Source: Scenedesmus sp. PABB004
Lineage: Eukaryota
NCBI GenBank assembly: GCA_014905635.1
Contig: JABVCE010000028.1
Location: forward strand, 124,001-188,000
Length of the DNA stretch: 64,000 bases
Direction: 5' to 3'
Each line of letters opens with the position of its first letter. The first letter of the stretch is position 1. The position numbers were made by a program, and so were the translations under genes. The notes below the pieces were generated by a model. It was not told where the DNA came from. It did not search any database and saw only the letters and a program-made list of their open reading frames with translations. This document shows, piece by piece, positions 1-13,700 of the stretch.

Positions 1-5
1 CGCAG

Positions 6-240
6 GAAGCTCGAGGACGTGCTGACGGCCAAGCAGGCGGCGCTGCTGGCGGTCATACGTGCCGCCAAGGCCGCGGCGGACGCGGAGCGCGGCGCCAAAG
101 AGCCCGCAGCGGCGGCCGCGGCGCCGCGCGGGCTCAAGCGCTCGCGCTCGACCGCGTGGACGTCGGCCTCGCTCGATGCGGCGAGCGAGGTTGTGGGTGT
201 GAGCAGCAGCGGCAGCGCGAGCAGCAGCGAGGGCGAGTGA
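6..240 (+). CDS. 3' terminal exon of an upstream gene of unknown function (partial)
   Basis: cgcag acceptor at 1-5, then an open frame (KLEDVLTAKQAALLAVIRAAK...GLKRSRSTAWTSASLD...) ending in TGA at 238-240. Confidence 0.5.
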
Positions 241-536
241 GCAGCGAGGGCGAGCGCGAGTGCACCGCGAGCGCCGCGTGGCGCCCGCGGCGCGGCCGGC
301 GGCAACGATCCCTGGAACGCGCCTGCCTATGACGCTCCGCCAGTCACGCAAGAGCTGCAGGCGGCGGCTCGGCGCCAGGCGGTGCCCCGGCGCGCACGGT
401 GGTCACCCGGCCGCGTGACGGCACGGCAGACCCTGCGCCGCCGCCGCCGCTCCCAGGCTGGCACCGGCAGGTCGAACGAGCGCGGAACGGGCAGCCAGTC
501 GCGCGATGGCGCGTGGATCGCTGAAATAGGCACTGC

Positions 537-3500
537 ATGGCGGGCGGGGCGTCCGCCGGGACCGGGCGCCGTCTCGTCCTCGTCCTCGCGCTGCTGGGCG
601 CCTGGGCCCTGGCGGGGGCGCGCTGCGGGCCGTGCGCGCCGCGGGGCGGTGGCCGAGCGCCCTGGTCGCTCGCGCTGGGCGGCGAGAACTGCACCCTCGC
701 GCTGGGGCCCGACGCTGCGGGCGCACACCAGCAGGCGCTGGAGCTGGAGGGCCCCGGCGTCGTGACCCTGGCCGGCGATGGCGCCTTCGCAGGTCAGCAG
801 CGCCCAGCCTGGCGCGCGGCAGGGGCTGCCCGGGGCGCGGGAGCGACGGCCGGGCGCCCGGCCGGTGGCGCAGGCACGGGGGCGCCGATCGCTGCGGCGG
901 CACGGCCCGCACGCGCCGACGCGGCCGCGCGGCGGCGCCGCCGCTGCCCGCGCGCGCCGCGCAGGGCTCGGCGCCGCCAGCCTGCGCGACGTGGTGCTGG
1001 TCAGCGAGCGCTTCCCCACGACCGCGCTGAGCGTCGCGGACCTGCTGTGGCCGCCGCTGCTCGCGGCGCGCGGCGCGGCGCGCGTGAACATGACCAACGT
1101 CCAGGTCGTCTACCGCCTGCCGCCCGGCGCCGCGGCCGGCGCGGTCGCCGCGCTGCGCGGCGTCGTGAGCGACCCCGTCACGCAGCAGGCCGTGGCCAGC
1201 TGGGCCCTCAACCTCTACACGGTGCGCGCGCGGGCCGCGCCGCGGCCAGCCGCGCCGGGGGCCGCGCGAGCCCCGCGCCGGCGGCGCCGCCCCGCCCGCG
1301 CGGCGGCGCGGCGGCGACCCCGCCGGCCCCGCCGGCCCCGGCGCGCGCCGCGCAGGACTACTCGAGCTTTGCCTACGTGGCCGCGCTGAGCAGCGAGGGC
1401 CTGGCCTGCCGCGGCTGCGGCGTGTTCCTGGAGTTTGGCGGCGCGCCGCCGGGCCCGACGGCCAGCCCCAACGGCGGCGCGCCGGGCGTCAACTACGCGC
1501 TGGGCGTGACGCAGGCGGGCTTTGGCGACCTGCTCTCGCGCTACGCGACGCTCGAGAGCGCGCGGCCCTTCCTCGTGCTCCTCGGCAGCAACGTCACCTG
1601 GGGCGGCGCGCCGCTCGCGCTCGGCCGGCCGCTCGTGCTCGTCGGCCAGGCGGGGCGGCTGACGAGCGTGGACCTGGGCATGCGGGCCAACCAGGTCTCG
1701 CTCGCCGCGGCGCACGCCAACCTGACCATGGACGGCCTCGTCGTTGAAAACCTGGGCTACGGCGACCGCCAGAGCGGCAACCTGCTCAGCGGGCTGAGCC
1801 TGGTCAACACGTTCAACCTCTGGTTCTTCCTATGGGACAGGCGAGGCGCACGCGCGCGCGCGCGGGCCGTGCCGTGCCATCCCGGCGCTGCGCCGCCGCG
1901 CGCCTTGCCGCGCGCAGCGGCGGCGCCCACGCACCGTCCTCGCCGCCGCGCCGGGCGCGCCGCGCAGGTCGGACGTGCGGCTGGTGAGCCACAACGTGAC
2001 GCACGTCGCGGCGCGGCAGGCGGAGGTGGACTATCTCAGCTACTGGGCGGTCATGTTTGGCGCGACAGACCCGGTGCTCGCGGCAGAGGCGGCCTGGCTC
2101 AAGCGCGGCCCCGGCATCACGCTGTGGGAGGTGCGCCGCGGCGCGGCGCGCGCGGAGCGCGGGCGAGCGCCGCGCCGCGCCGCGCCGCGCCGCGCGCCCG
2201 GCGCCGCGCCCGACGCCGCGCCGCCCCGCCGCGCGGCGCCCGCGCAGGCCGTGCTGATCAGCGCCGACCTGTTTGACGTGCGCTTTGCGTCGCGCAGCGC
2301 GACCGCGAGCAACACCTGGCGCAGCGCGCGGCGCCGCGTCGCGTCGCCGGTGGCGCAGCGGCTGTCAGACCCGGAGCTCTACGCCGCGCCGCTCAAGGTG
2401 CACGCCGCCGCGCCGCTCGCCGCGCTGGCGAGCAGCAACGCGTCGCTGCAGGTGCGGCGCCGTGCGCGCAGACGCAGCGCGGCGCGGTCAGCGGCGCGGT
2501 CGCCCCGCCGCCCGCGCCTGCCCGTGCTCGCCGCGCGCGGGCGCCCGCGCCGCGCCCAGCTGTGCCGCCGCCGCGGCCCGCCGCGCCGCCGCAGGCCGTG
2601 CTGTCACAGCTGTCGGGCCTGCCGCGCGACGGCCTGGCGGTCGTCATGGCGCCCGCGCTCGGGCTCGGCCCCGACGGCTCTGGCGCGTGGCCGCCGCCGG
2701 GCGGCGTGGTGCTCAAGGCGCCGCGCACGACAGTGGTCGGGTACAGCGTGTGCCAGAGCCTCGGCGCCAACTTCTCGCTGCCGGGCGGTGCGCCGGCGGG
2801 CCCCGCGCTCGTGGGGCCGGGCGGCCCCGGCGGCGGCGACGCAGTCGAGGCGGCCGGCCCGCTGCCGCAAGAGGCGCTGCTGCAGGGCCTGCCCGGCGGC
2901 GACGCGAGCGCCGTGCGCGCGACGTGCGACAGCAACGGCAACGGCAACGGCGGCGCGTCGGCGGCCGCGCCCGAGCAGGGGCTGCAGCGGCTGGCGCACT
3001 CGGCGATGCTGGACCTGGGCGGCGCCCGGGGCCTGGTGCGCCTGGCGCCGGCGGGGCCGAGCGGGAAGCTGGAGCTGGGCAGCCTCACGCTCGCGGGGCT
3101 GGCGCAGGGCCCTGCGGTCGTGCTGGCGGCCGTGCGCGGCCGGCGGCGCGCGCGGGCGCTGCTGGGCGGCGGCGCCGGCGGCGGCCGGCGCGGCGCGCGC
3201 TGGGCGGGGCGGCGGCTGCTGGCCAGTGAGCAGCAGATGGCGGCGGACGCGGCGTCCGCGGGCCTCACGCAGGCCTCGCCGGACGTGTGGACGCACCTGG
3301 TGTGGGCGGTCGAGCGCGGCGCCGCAGCACCGCCCCCCGGAGCCAATGCGTCGGCCGGGGAGCTGGTGTTGACAAACGTGCAGCTGCTGCTGCCGCCGCC
3401 GGAGTTTGCGCGCCTGCTGGCGGCCAGCAGGGCCGCGCCAGGCGGCGCGTTCACGCTCGAGCTGTCGGGTGCGGCGTGGCGCGGGGGCGCGCGCGGCAGC

Positions 3501-6500
3501 CCGCGCTGCAGACGGCGCCCGCGGCGGTCGCCTGCGCGCCGCGGCCCGCCCCACGCGCCCACGCCCACGCCCGGCCCGCCCGCCGCCCGCCCGCGCACCG
3601 CGCCCGCAGACCCCGGCGGCGCCGCGCCGCCGCCGCCGCTGCGCGCGACGGCGTCGCGCCTGGTGGACGACTGCTGCCTGCTGGTTTCCAACTACAGCGC
3701 ACCCGGCCTCACCGCGAGCGAGCTGCTGCTGGTGGCCGACCCCGACGAGGCGCGGGCGATGCCGCCGGGCTATCTGTGGCCCTTTGACGGCACCGAGCGC
3801 CAGGGCGAGCTCGTGCCGCGGGCGCAGCGGCGCGGCGCCAGCGCGCTGGGCCCCGCCGCGGTGGCGGGCGTGGTGATCGGCGCGGTGCTCGGCGCGGCGC
3901 TGCTCGCGGCGCTGGTGCTGCTGCTGGTGCGGCGGCGGCAGCGGCGGCGGCGGCACGCCGGCGCGAGCGCCGCGGGTGCCAAGGCGCTGCCGCCGGGGGT
4001 GCGCCCCGGCGGCGCGCTCGGCGGCGGCTGCGACGCGGAGCGGCAGCCCGACAAGCAGCACAGCAGCGACGCGAGCAGCGAGCTGCAGCACAGCTTGGCG
4101 GCGCCGGGGTCGTCGTCCGGCGCGGCGCACAGCAGCGGCGACCGCGGCGGCGGCGGGGGCGGGGGCGTGCTGAGCGACAAGCGGTGGCTCAAGCTGACTA
4201 GCGCGATCAGCGGCAAGGTCCAGGACATCCACACCAACCGACTAAAGTCGGCGCTGCTGGAGTCGCAGGCTGCCGGGGCGCCGGGGGGCGCGCCGTCGCT
4301 CGCGGGCGCGCCGCCGCCGCGTGACGGCTCGCCGGCCGGGTCGACCGCCGGTGCGGAGGCCGACGACGGCGGCGGCGGCGGCGGCGGCGGCGCACCCCCG
4401 CACGGCGGCGACGCCGCCGCCGGCGGCGCGGGGCCGGGCGGCAACGTGCTGCAGCTCAAAGAGATCATCGGCCAGGGCAGCTTTGGCACCGTCTACAGGC
4501 GCGGCCCACGCCGCCGGGGGCAGCGCGGAGCGGCCCGCGCGGCGCTGGGGGCGCCGCTGCTACCGCGCACGGTGGGTGCGCGCGAAACTGCCGCCCGCCG
4601 CGCCGCGCCGCGCCGCGCCGCGCAGGGCGACGTGGCAGGGCGTCAACGTGGCGGTCAAGCTGCTGCAGCTCCCGCCGGGCGCGTGCGCGCACGCGCTGAC
4701 CGCGGCGTCGATCGACGCGAGCAGCTGGGACGGCGGCGGCGGCACCTCCGCGCTCGCGAGCGCCGTGACCGCGTCCGCGCGCGGCGGCACGCGCACGCGG
4801 CTGGACGGCCTGCTGAAGCAGGAGCACATGGCCGTCCAGGCGCGGCCGCCGCCCGCGCCGCGCGGCCGCAGGCCCACGTGGCCGCCCGCCCCCGCACGCC
4901 CCCGCTCACCCCGCTCACCCCGCCGCGGGCGCGCAGGAGGCGGCGATCGGCAGCACGATGGTGCACCCCAACATCGTGAGCGTCTACTCCATCGCGCTGC
5001 GCCCCGCGGCCTCCGCGGCGGCGGCGGGCATTGCCGCGCCGGCCGGCGCCGCCGACGGCAGCGGCGTGCTGCTGCTCGACGCGCCGGCGCCGGCGCCGCC
5101 CGGCGGCAGCCGCGCCGGCGCGAGCACCTCGCTGGCGGCGCCGAGCACGGCGGGCGCGCCGGAGCTGCTGCCGTGGGAGATGCAGCTGGTGCTGGAGTAC
5201 TGCGACCAGGGCACGCTGCGGCAGGCGCTGGACGCGGGGCTGCTGGTGCACCGCGGCAGCGGGCTGCACCACCTGCCCACGGTGCTGTCGCTCGCGCACA
5301 ACGTCGGCTGCGCGATGACCTACCTGCACCAGGCGCGCGCCCCGCCCGCCGCGGCTGACCTCGCCGCCACGCGCTGCACTCGCGCCGCCGCCGCGGGCCC
5401 GCCGGCGCGCGCCGACCCGCGAACCCGCGACGCCCGCCCCGCCCGCCGGGCTGCTCCTCCTGCGCAGGAGCACATCATCCACGGCGACCTCAAGGCCTCC
5501 AACGTGCTGCTCAAGACCTCCATCCCCTCGCTCATCACCAGCACGAGCGCCAACGCGAGCCTGCCCAGCGGCGCGAGCGCCGGCGGCGCCGCGCCCGGCT
5601 CGGGCGGCGCGCCGGGCGACGGCGCGGTGCCGGCGAGCCACGGCATCCTCGGCCAGGCCGCCGCCGCGGCGGAGGAGACCAACAGCGGCATGCACTGCCT
5701 GCTCAAGGGCGGCTGGGTGGTCGCAAAGGTCTCCGATTTTGGCCTCTCCCTCTGCGTCGACCCGGGGGAGACCCACGTCTCGAGCGTGCACGCGGTGCGC
5801 ATGCGTGTGTGTGCGTGTGCGTGTGCGTGTGCACCCGCGCGACGGCGCGCGCGCGCGCGGCGCGGCGGCTGAGGCGGTGCTCGCGCGGGTCGGCGGCTGA
5901 CGCGCCCGCCGCCGCGTCCGCGTCCGCCGCTGGGTCCGCAGGGCACGCTCACGCACATGGCGCCGGAGCTGCTCATGCAGGGGCGCTGCAGCAGGGCGAG
6001 CGACGTGTACTCGTTCGGGATTCTGGTCTGGGAGCTCGCCACGGGCGGCAAGGCGTTTGCAGGCGCGCGCGCGCGCGCGCGCACGCCCGCGGGGCGGAGC
6101 GGGCGCGGCGGCAGCAGGGCGGCCAGCTGCGGCGCCCGTGCTGGCGGAGCGCGTTGGCGGCGCCGCGCCGAGCGCCGAGCGCCGCGCGCCACCCCGCGCG
6201 CGCGCAGGCATCCCGAAGCCGCTGCTGGGCCACTGCATCGTCAGCCAGCAGATGCGGCCGTGCTGGCCGGCGGCGCTGCAGGCGCATGCCGCGTGGGCGG
6301 GGCTGCTGCGCCTGGCGGAGGCGTGCTGGAGCCAGGACCCGCAAGCACGGTGAGGGGGCCCGCGGCGCTGCCGCGAGCGGCAGGGCGGCGCGCCACGGCG
6401 CCGACCTGCGGCGGCGGCGCCTGCGCGCGCCTGCGTCCACGCTCACGCTCACGCCCCGCCGCCGCGCCGCGCCGGGCCGCGCCGCCCAGGCCCACGTTTG

Positions 6501-7207
6501 CGCAGGCCGTGGCGCAGCTGGACAAAATGATCAAGCAGCACCCCACCGAGGCGCTCAGCTCGCCGGCCGAGCCGGCGCCCGCGCCCGCGCCCGCGACGCC
6601 GAGCGCCAGCACGCAGCAGGCGGGCGCGCCGCCCAGCCCGCTCGCGCTGGGCGCGCTCGGCGTCGCGCCGCTGGCGGGGCCCAACCCGCTGCTCGCGCAC
6701 GGCGGGGGGCTGGACCCGGCGGCGCTCGGCCCGGGGCGCGGCGCCGCCGGCCCTGGCGCCTCGCCGCTGCGGCCTGCCGCCGAGGCGCTGGCGGCGCCGG
6801 TGGACGTGCTGCGCTGGTTCAAGGGCATCTCCACCGGCCACGACTCGTCCGGCGGCGGCGGCGGCTTTGGCGGGCACGCGCCGGGCGCAGAAGTGCAGGT
6901 GGTGCCCATGATGATGTGGGCCGGCGCCGGCGCGGCGGCCGCGGGCGACGCGCCGCCGGGCCCCGCGCCGGCGCCGGCCGCGCAGAGCGAGCTGCTGCTG
7001 CAGATGCAGCAGCTGCTGCGCCGCGACCAGCCGGCGGGGGCGGCGGCGGCGGCGCCGGCAGCCCCCAAGCAGGACCTGCTGGCCAGGGTGCTGGAGCGTG
7101 ACCGGCCGGAAGTCACGTTCATGGGCCAGCGGCAGCCCCCGCCGCAGCCGGCGGCGCCAGCCGCGCCCGCCGCGCCCGCCCGGGGCAGCGGCGTGCAGGA
7201 CTTGTAG
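537..7207 (+). CDS. Receptor-like Ser/Thr kinase (TKL group): signal peptide, large ectodomain, single TM helix, non-RD kinase domain; about 13 exons
   Basis: Signal peptide RRLVLVLALLGAWALAGA; TM helix AVAGVVIGAVLGAALLAALVLLLVRRRQRR (~3860-3950). Kinase motifs: IGQGSFGTVYR, VAVK, HPNIV, LVLEYCDQG, HGDLKASNVLL, KVSDFG, GTLTHMAPE, SDVYSFG, RPTF. Introns inferred at 793-964, 1222-1355, 1841-1967, 2131-2247, 2452-2594, 3469-3609, 4499-4625, 4840-4936, 5333-5467, 5795-5941, 6063-6207 and 6350-6489. Confidence 0.9.
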
Positions 7208-7795
7208 CCTGCTCGCGGGCAGCGCTGTGCGGGGCGCCTGAACTGCGCTGTCGCTGGGACCAAGCGCGCTGGGCTGGCGCGGGGGGCGCCGCGGCGACGC
7301 ATGCGCCGCGGCCCGGCGGCGACGCCGGGCCGGGCCCGACCGACTGACACACCACCCTGCCGCACCACCACACGCCTCCCCTCTCTGTGGCCGCACGCGG
7401 GCGCCGCGCTGCGCGCTGGCAAGAGCGCCCGCGCCGCAGCGCCCGACCGCGGCGTGATCGCCGCGCCCCTCGCTCGCCTGCGCGCGACACCGCCTCGAAC
7501 GGCCGCTCGATGGCCCCATGCACAAGAACTTGGGCTGCGCAATGGGTTGGCCTGTTCCTAATCTTTGGGCGCCGTTGATTTGAGAAAGCTCTTTCCCGCG
7601 GTCGGCGCTGCCCGCTTAACTGCCTGAGCTTGTTCTGGCCGCCCCTGCTCCTGTTCAAAAAGGTGGTGCTACTGTCAATGCTGCTTGCGCCCGGCGGGCG
7701 CGCGTTGCTTCGTTGTGTGATCTGGGTGCGGCGGCGCTGCGGTGGTTGACCAAGGGCTTGGTTAACTCTCGGTGCCCCCCGCCACCGCAGCGGGC

Positions 7796-10700
7796 CTATT
7801 CGCCCTCGCCCGGCGCGGTGTAGACCAGCTGCGGCCGCCGCCGCGCGCAGCCCCGCAGCGTCACTGCGGGCGCGGCGCCGGCGGCCGCGCCGCGCGCCCA
7901 CGCGTCCCACCCCGCCGCCGCGCTGGGCAGCTGCGCCGGAGGGCCTGGCAGCGGCAGCGCGGCGAGCGCGCGGCGCTGGTGCAGCCCCGCCAGGCCCTGC
8001 TGCGCTGGCTTGCGCGGCGCGGGGCCCCCCGCCGCCGGCGCGGGGCCCGCCTGCTGCAGCCACAGCTGCCGCACGAGCTGCTCGGCGCCCAGCTGCGACT
8101 CGCCGGCGGCGGGCACCAGCCCCGGCGCTGCGAGCGGCAGCGCCGAGGGGCCGCCGCCGCCCGACGCCTGCAGCGCGCCCTCCACCTCCGCCCGGCAGGC
8201 CGCCGCGAGCGCCTCATGCGCCGCGACCTCGCGGAGCCGCTTGTTGGCGCCGCGCAGCCAGCCCGCCCAGTCGCCGGAGAGCACCGCCGACAGCATGAGC
8301 AGCACCCGCTGAAACAGAGGGTGCCCTGCGCGGCGCGGCGCGGCGGGGTGAGGGCGTGCCGGGCGAGCGCCGCGCGCGCGCGCGCGTCGCGCATGCGTTT
8401 GTGCCGCGCGCACCAGCGTCCGCGGCCGCCGCCGCTGCCGCGGCCGCCACGTCGCCGCGGCCGGGCGCGGGCTGGGCCCTGAGGTAGGTCGAGACCAGCA
8501 GGTGCGGCAGCGCGGCCGCGAGGCAGGCGCGCAGGTTCTTGCGCGGGTCCGCCTCGCGGTCCGCGCGCACCGTGGGCAGCAGCGGCAGCAGCAGCCGCAG
8601 GCGCAGCCAAACCGACACCTGCACGCCGCCGGCGCTGCCGACCTCCAGCGCCGCGCCGCCGGCGCCCGCGCTGCCGCCCCTGCTGCCAGCGCCGCCGGCG
8701 CTTGCAGCGCCGGCGCCGCCCGCGGCAGGCACGTCAGCGACCGCAGCGAGCGCCTGCGCGCCGCCGATGGCGGCACCGCCGTCTTGCGGCCGCGCCCGGG
8801 CGCCGGTGATGGCCGCCCCGAAGCGTCGCTGCTTGGCGCCGGCCGCGACGCCGGCGCCCGCGTCGCCCGGCGGCGGCGGCGCGATCGGCGGCGTGCTGAC
8901 CGCCGCGCCGCCCTCGCCGCCGCCGCCGCCGCCGCTGCCGCCGCCCACTGCCTCGGCCGGCTGCGCCGCCGGCGCCGGCCCTGGCGCTGCCGCGCCCGGC
9001 GCTGCCGCCCCCGGCGCTGCCGCCGGCTTGCCGGCGTCGTCGGCCAGCGGCGGCGCGCGGCGCAGCAGCTCGACGACGCGGCCCAGCTGGCGCACGAGCT
9101 CCGCCGCAAATTCGCGCTGCCGGCTGTGCGACGAGCGGGCGAGCAGCAGCAGGACCACGTCGCTCAGCGCCGCCTCGACCGCAAACGGCGGCGGCGCGCC
9201 GCCGCTCGCGCCGCCCGGCTGCTCGGCGGCGGCCGCCGCCTCGGCCGCCGCGACGACCTGCGCGGGCTCCAGCCGCGCGAGCAGCTGCGACAGCGAGGCG
9301 CTGCCCGCGAGCCACGTGCCGCCGCGGTCCTGCAGCAGCCAGTCGACGCGCTGCAGCAAGTACTGCGACGCGCCGCCCGCGACGTCCGACACGAGCTCCG
9401 CGGCGGCCAGGCCCGCGCCCGGCGCGCGGCCCAGCGCCAGCAGCAGCGTGTCCACGAGGTTGCGCTCGGTGTGGCTCACCAGCACGGCCGCGGCCGCCGA
9501 CGCGGAGCCCGCGTGCGGCCCCGCGCCGGCGAGCGGCGCCGCCGCGAGCGGCCGCGCGCCCGCGCCGGCGCCGCCGCCGGGCATGAGCGGCGCTGCCGCC
9601 TCGAGCGCCTGCGGGCGGCGCGGGTCGGGGCGGGCGCGCCGGGCGCCGGTCGGCAGCGCGCGCGGGCGCAGCGAGCGGGCGGCGGCCGCCCTCCCTCCCG
9701 CGTGCGCCGCCCTCCCGCCCTTGCCCGCGGCTCACCGCCAGCCAGCTGCCGCCGCCGGGGCCGCCGCCACGCGCGAGCGCATTGTCCAGGGCCTCCATGG
9801 CCATCTGCTCGTCCAGCAGCAGCCGCAGCAGCAGCCAGGGAAGCTCGTGGCCCAGCGCGCCGCGCAGGCCGGCGAGCAGCTCAAGCTGCGCCAGCAGGTA
9901 CGGCGCCGCGGCGGGGCTCAGGTTGGCCCCCACCGCGCCGCGCGCGGCGGCCAGCACCGCGGCGCTCAGCCGCGGCACGGCCAGGCAGGCGCGCAGCCGC
10001 GGCTCCGCGGGCGCGCCGCCGCCGCCGCCGCCGCCGCCTTGCGCCGGCACTGGCGCTAGTGCAGGCGCGTGTGCCGCCTCGCCGCCCGGCGCCATCACCA
10101 GCAGCCGGCCGAGCAGGAGGCTCTGCACGGCGAGGCGCTGCGGCAGCGCCCAGAACCCCGGCCGCGCCGCGCCGGCGAGCAGCGCGACCAGCAGGCTCGG
10201 CGACGCGGCGGCGAGCTTGGCGTATGCCAGCCGCACGTCTGTGAGCACGCATGCGCGCAGCGGCGCGTGGCCCACGAGCGCGGCCACCGCGTCCGTCAGC
10301 GCGGGCGTCGCCTGCTGCGCCGCGGCGGCGCCCGGCTGCGGGCGCGCCGCCGCCGCCGAGCCCGCGTCGCCGGCTGGCTGCAGCCCGCTCACCACCGCCG
10401 CGAGCAGCGGCGCCTGGAGCAGCGCCATGGCGCTCTCGGGCGGCAGCGCCGCCTGCAGCCGCGCCAGCGTGCTGCCGAGCCCCGCATCCAGGCCGCCCGC
10501 CGCCGGCCCCGGCGCGCCGCCGCCGTCCGCCGCGGCTGACGGCGCTGGCTGCTGCCAGCAGCCGGCGCCCAGCACGCCCCACAGCAGCGACGGACGCAGC
10601 TCGGGGCTGAGCTGCCCTGCGCCGCTGCCGAAGTGCTGCGCCGCGAGCAGCTCCGCCGCGACGTCGGGCAGCAGCACCAGGCCCGCCGCGGCGGCGCACA

Positions 10701-13700
10701 TGACGCCGTCCAGCACGCACTGCCGCGCCGCGGCGCTCGCCGACGGCTCCGCCAGCGCCTGCCGCGCCGCGTCGAGCAGGCAGCGCGACAGGCCCGCGTC
10801 GACGCCGGCGCCAAACGCCGCGCCGCCGCCGCCGGCCGCGGCGGCGCCCGCGAGCAGGCGCGCGTGGAGGCCCTGCAGCACGGTCACGAGGCAGCCGGCA
10901 CGCAGCTGCGCGGCGCCGCCGTCCTCGCCGGGCGCGGGCCCCGCCACACTCGCCGCGGCCGCGAAGCTGCGGAGCGCCGCACCGCACACCGCGGTCAGGG
11001 GCTGCAGCGCGGCGGCGGGCCCCCTGGCTCCGCCCGGCGCCCGGGCGCTCGCGGCGCTCGTGGCCGCCAGCTCCCGCGCCAGCGCCGCAGCCGCCGCCGC
11101 GCACTCGCCCGCCAGGCGCCGCTGGGCGTCGGCGCCTGCGGCCGGGCCCCCGCCCCCGGCGCCCGCGGCGGCGGCCACGCCGTCGCCGAGCAGCTGCGCC
11201 AGCAGCTGCTGCCCGCTCGCCGCCGCGTCGGCGCCGCCGCCGGCTTCGCCCCCGGCGCTCGCTCGCGCGGCCGCCGCGGCCACCGCCGCCGCCGCTGCCG
11301 CCGGCGCGACGCCGCACACGCCGCCGACGCGCAGCACGCCGCTGCCGATCAGGCCGCCGGCCTCGCTCTCGCCGCCGTCGGCGCCGCCGCCGGCCTTGGC
11401 CGCCGCGGCGCTGCCGTAGTGCGCGGCGGCCGCGGTGAGCTGAACAATCAGCCAGTGCCGCGCCCCGTTGGCGCCCACGCCCGGCCCCGGCGCCGCGGCG
11501 CCGCCGCCGGGGCCGCCGAGCCCTGCCGGCAGGCCGGCGGGCGGCGCGTCCGCGCCGCCGGCGCGCGCCTGCAGCCCCTCCCACCAGCTCTTCACGCACG
11601 GCGTGTTGAAGCGCCCCGCCGTGAGCCGGCCCGCGGCGGCGATGCACGCGCCCAGGTGCGGCCGCGCACGCAGCGCAACGCGCGCCAGCTGCTCCGCGAG
11701 GCGGTGCGCCGCGGCCGCGTCCTGCGGGCCACCCGCGCCGCCTGCGCCGCCCGGCTTGTGCGGCGGCTGCGCGCCCGGCTGCCCGCCGGCCGCCGCCGCC
11801 GCCGCAGGCGGCATTGCCCAGCCGACACACGTCTCCAGCAGCAGCGGCATGAGGCCGGCCGCCGCGATGACATCCTGCAGCCCCTCCAGCAGCGCCAGCA
11901 CGCAGCCCACCGGCACGGCCGCGCCGCCGCCACCGCTGCCGCCGGCGCCCGCCGCCTCGCCGCGCCCGTCGCCGCTGCGCCGCGCCACGCGCTCGCCCGG
12001 CTGCGCAGGCGGGTGCGGCGCGGGGACCTTGAAGCCGCCGGCGCCCTGCTGGGCCTGGCCGGAGAGGCCCTGGGACGCTGCGTGCACGGCGGCCTTGACG
12101 TGCCGGTCCAGCAGCTGCAGCAGCAGCACGACCGCGTCCCCCGCCGCGTCCGCCGCCACGAGCAGCGCCACGAGGCGCTGCAGCCACAGCCCCGCGCACG
12201 GCCCCGCCAGCCACGCCCGCGCGGTGAGGGCCGGCCCTGCCGCCTGGCCTGGCGGCGCGTCGGCCGCTGCGCCGGCCGGCGCCAGCCCCAGCCCCAGCGC
12301 CGTCGCGCCCGCGCACGCGAGCTGCTGCGCCAGCACCGCCCGCTCCCAGGGCCGCAGGCCCGCCGCCGCAGCCTGCAGCCCGGCCGGCTGCAGCCGCTGC
12401 GGGGCTGGCCGCCGCGCTGGTGGCGGCGACGCTGCGCCGTTGGCAAGCGCGCCGTCCTGGGCCCCTCCTGCATGCGCGTCCCAGCAGCTGCCGCCGCCAC
12501 GGCGCACCAGCGGCGCCGCGCTGCCGTCCGCAGCGGCGTCGCTCGCCGCCGCGCCGAGGCCGAGCCACGAAAACGCAGCTGCCTGCACCTCCTGCAGCCG
12601 CGGGGCGTGGCCGGCCTCGCCGCCCGCCTCGGCGGTGCCCGCCTCGGCACCAGCGCCGGCGGCCGCGCCGAGGGCTGCGCCGCTGGCTGAGAGCCGGCGC
12701 CGCTTGGCGGGCGACGGCGGCTCGAACCCCAGCGGCAGCGCCCGCTCGCCGTCCTGCGCCGCCGCGGCCGCCACGTCCAGCATGGCCCGCCGGCCGGCGG
12801 CGTACGCCTGCCGCGCCGGCGGCCGCCGCGGCCGCCGGCAGCCGCTGTCGCGTCCGGCTAGCGTGTGGCCTGGCGCCGCGGCGGCACATGAACTGCACGT
12901 GAACTGCAGCGCCAGCAGCGCCGCGGGCCGCGCCTTGCTCGCCCAGCACTGCCCCAGCAGGCTGCAGACAGAGGTGTAGTGGCCGTCACCGCCGGCGCCG
13001 GCGCCGTCGGCGCCCCTGAGCTTCGCCCTGCCGCCGGCGCCCGCGCGCGCCTTGCCCACGCCTGCGCCCGCGTCGCGGCGTTCGGGCGCCTGCGCGGCGG
13101 CGGCGCCGCCGCCGCCGACTGCCGCGACGGCCTGGCCTCGCGACGCGCCGGCGGCGCGTGCTCCGGCGCGCCGCCGTCGGCCGCCGCGGCGCCCTCGAAC
13201 CACGGCAGCTGCGGGTGCAGGTGGCGCAGCATGCGCCGGTGGCGCGCGCTCGCCGCCGCCGCGTCGGCGCCCGCCGCAGCGGACGGGCGCAGCAGCGCCC
13301 GCGCGGCGAGGCCTGCAAGGTACGCCGGCGGCGCAAACAGGCCGCACTCAGACAGCGCGATCACGAGCGCCGCGGCGGCGCGCGGCGCGGGGCCGCCGCG
13401 CCCGCCGCCGCGCGGGTCGCCCGCCGTCGCGGCGGCGCTGCTGTTGGTGTGGTTGCTGAGCTCGCCAGCGAACCACGCAGCGATGAAGGGCTGCAGCGCG
13501 AGCGCGGCGCCACCGCCGCCGCCGCCCGCGCGCCGCCCGCGGCGCCGTGCGGCGCAGGCGCCGCGCCCGCGCCGCCCGCCTTGCCGCCCGCGGTGCCGCC
13601 CGCCTGCGGCCTGGCCGGCCCCGCCTTGGCCTGCTGCTGCAGCTGCGGCGCCTTGCCGTGCTGCGACGCCGGCGGCGCCTTGCGCGCCGCGCCCGCCGCG

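Noticed and set aside
4499..6207. Kinase gene as a frameshifted pseudogene
   Set aside because: The apparent frameshifts resolve cleanly with GC-AG introns, restoring all kinase motifs.
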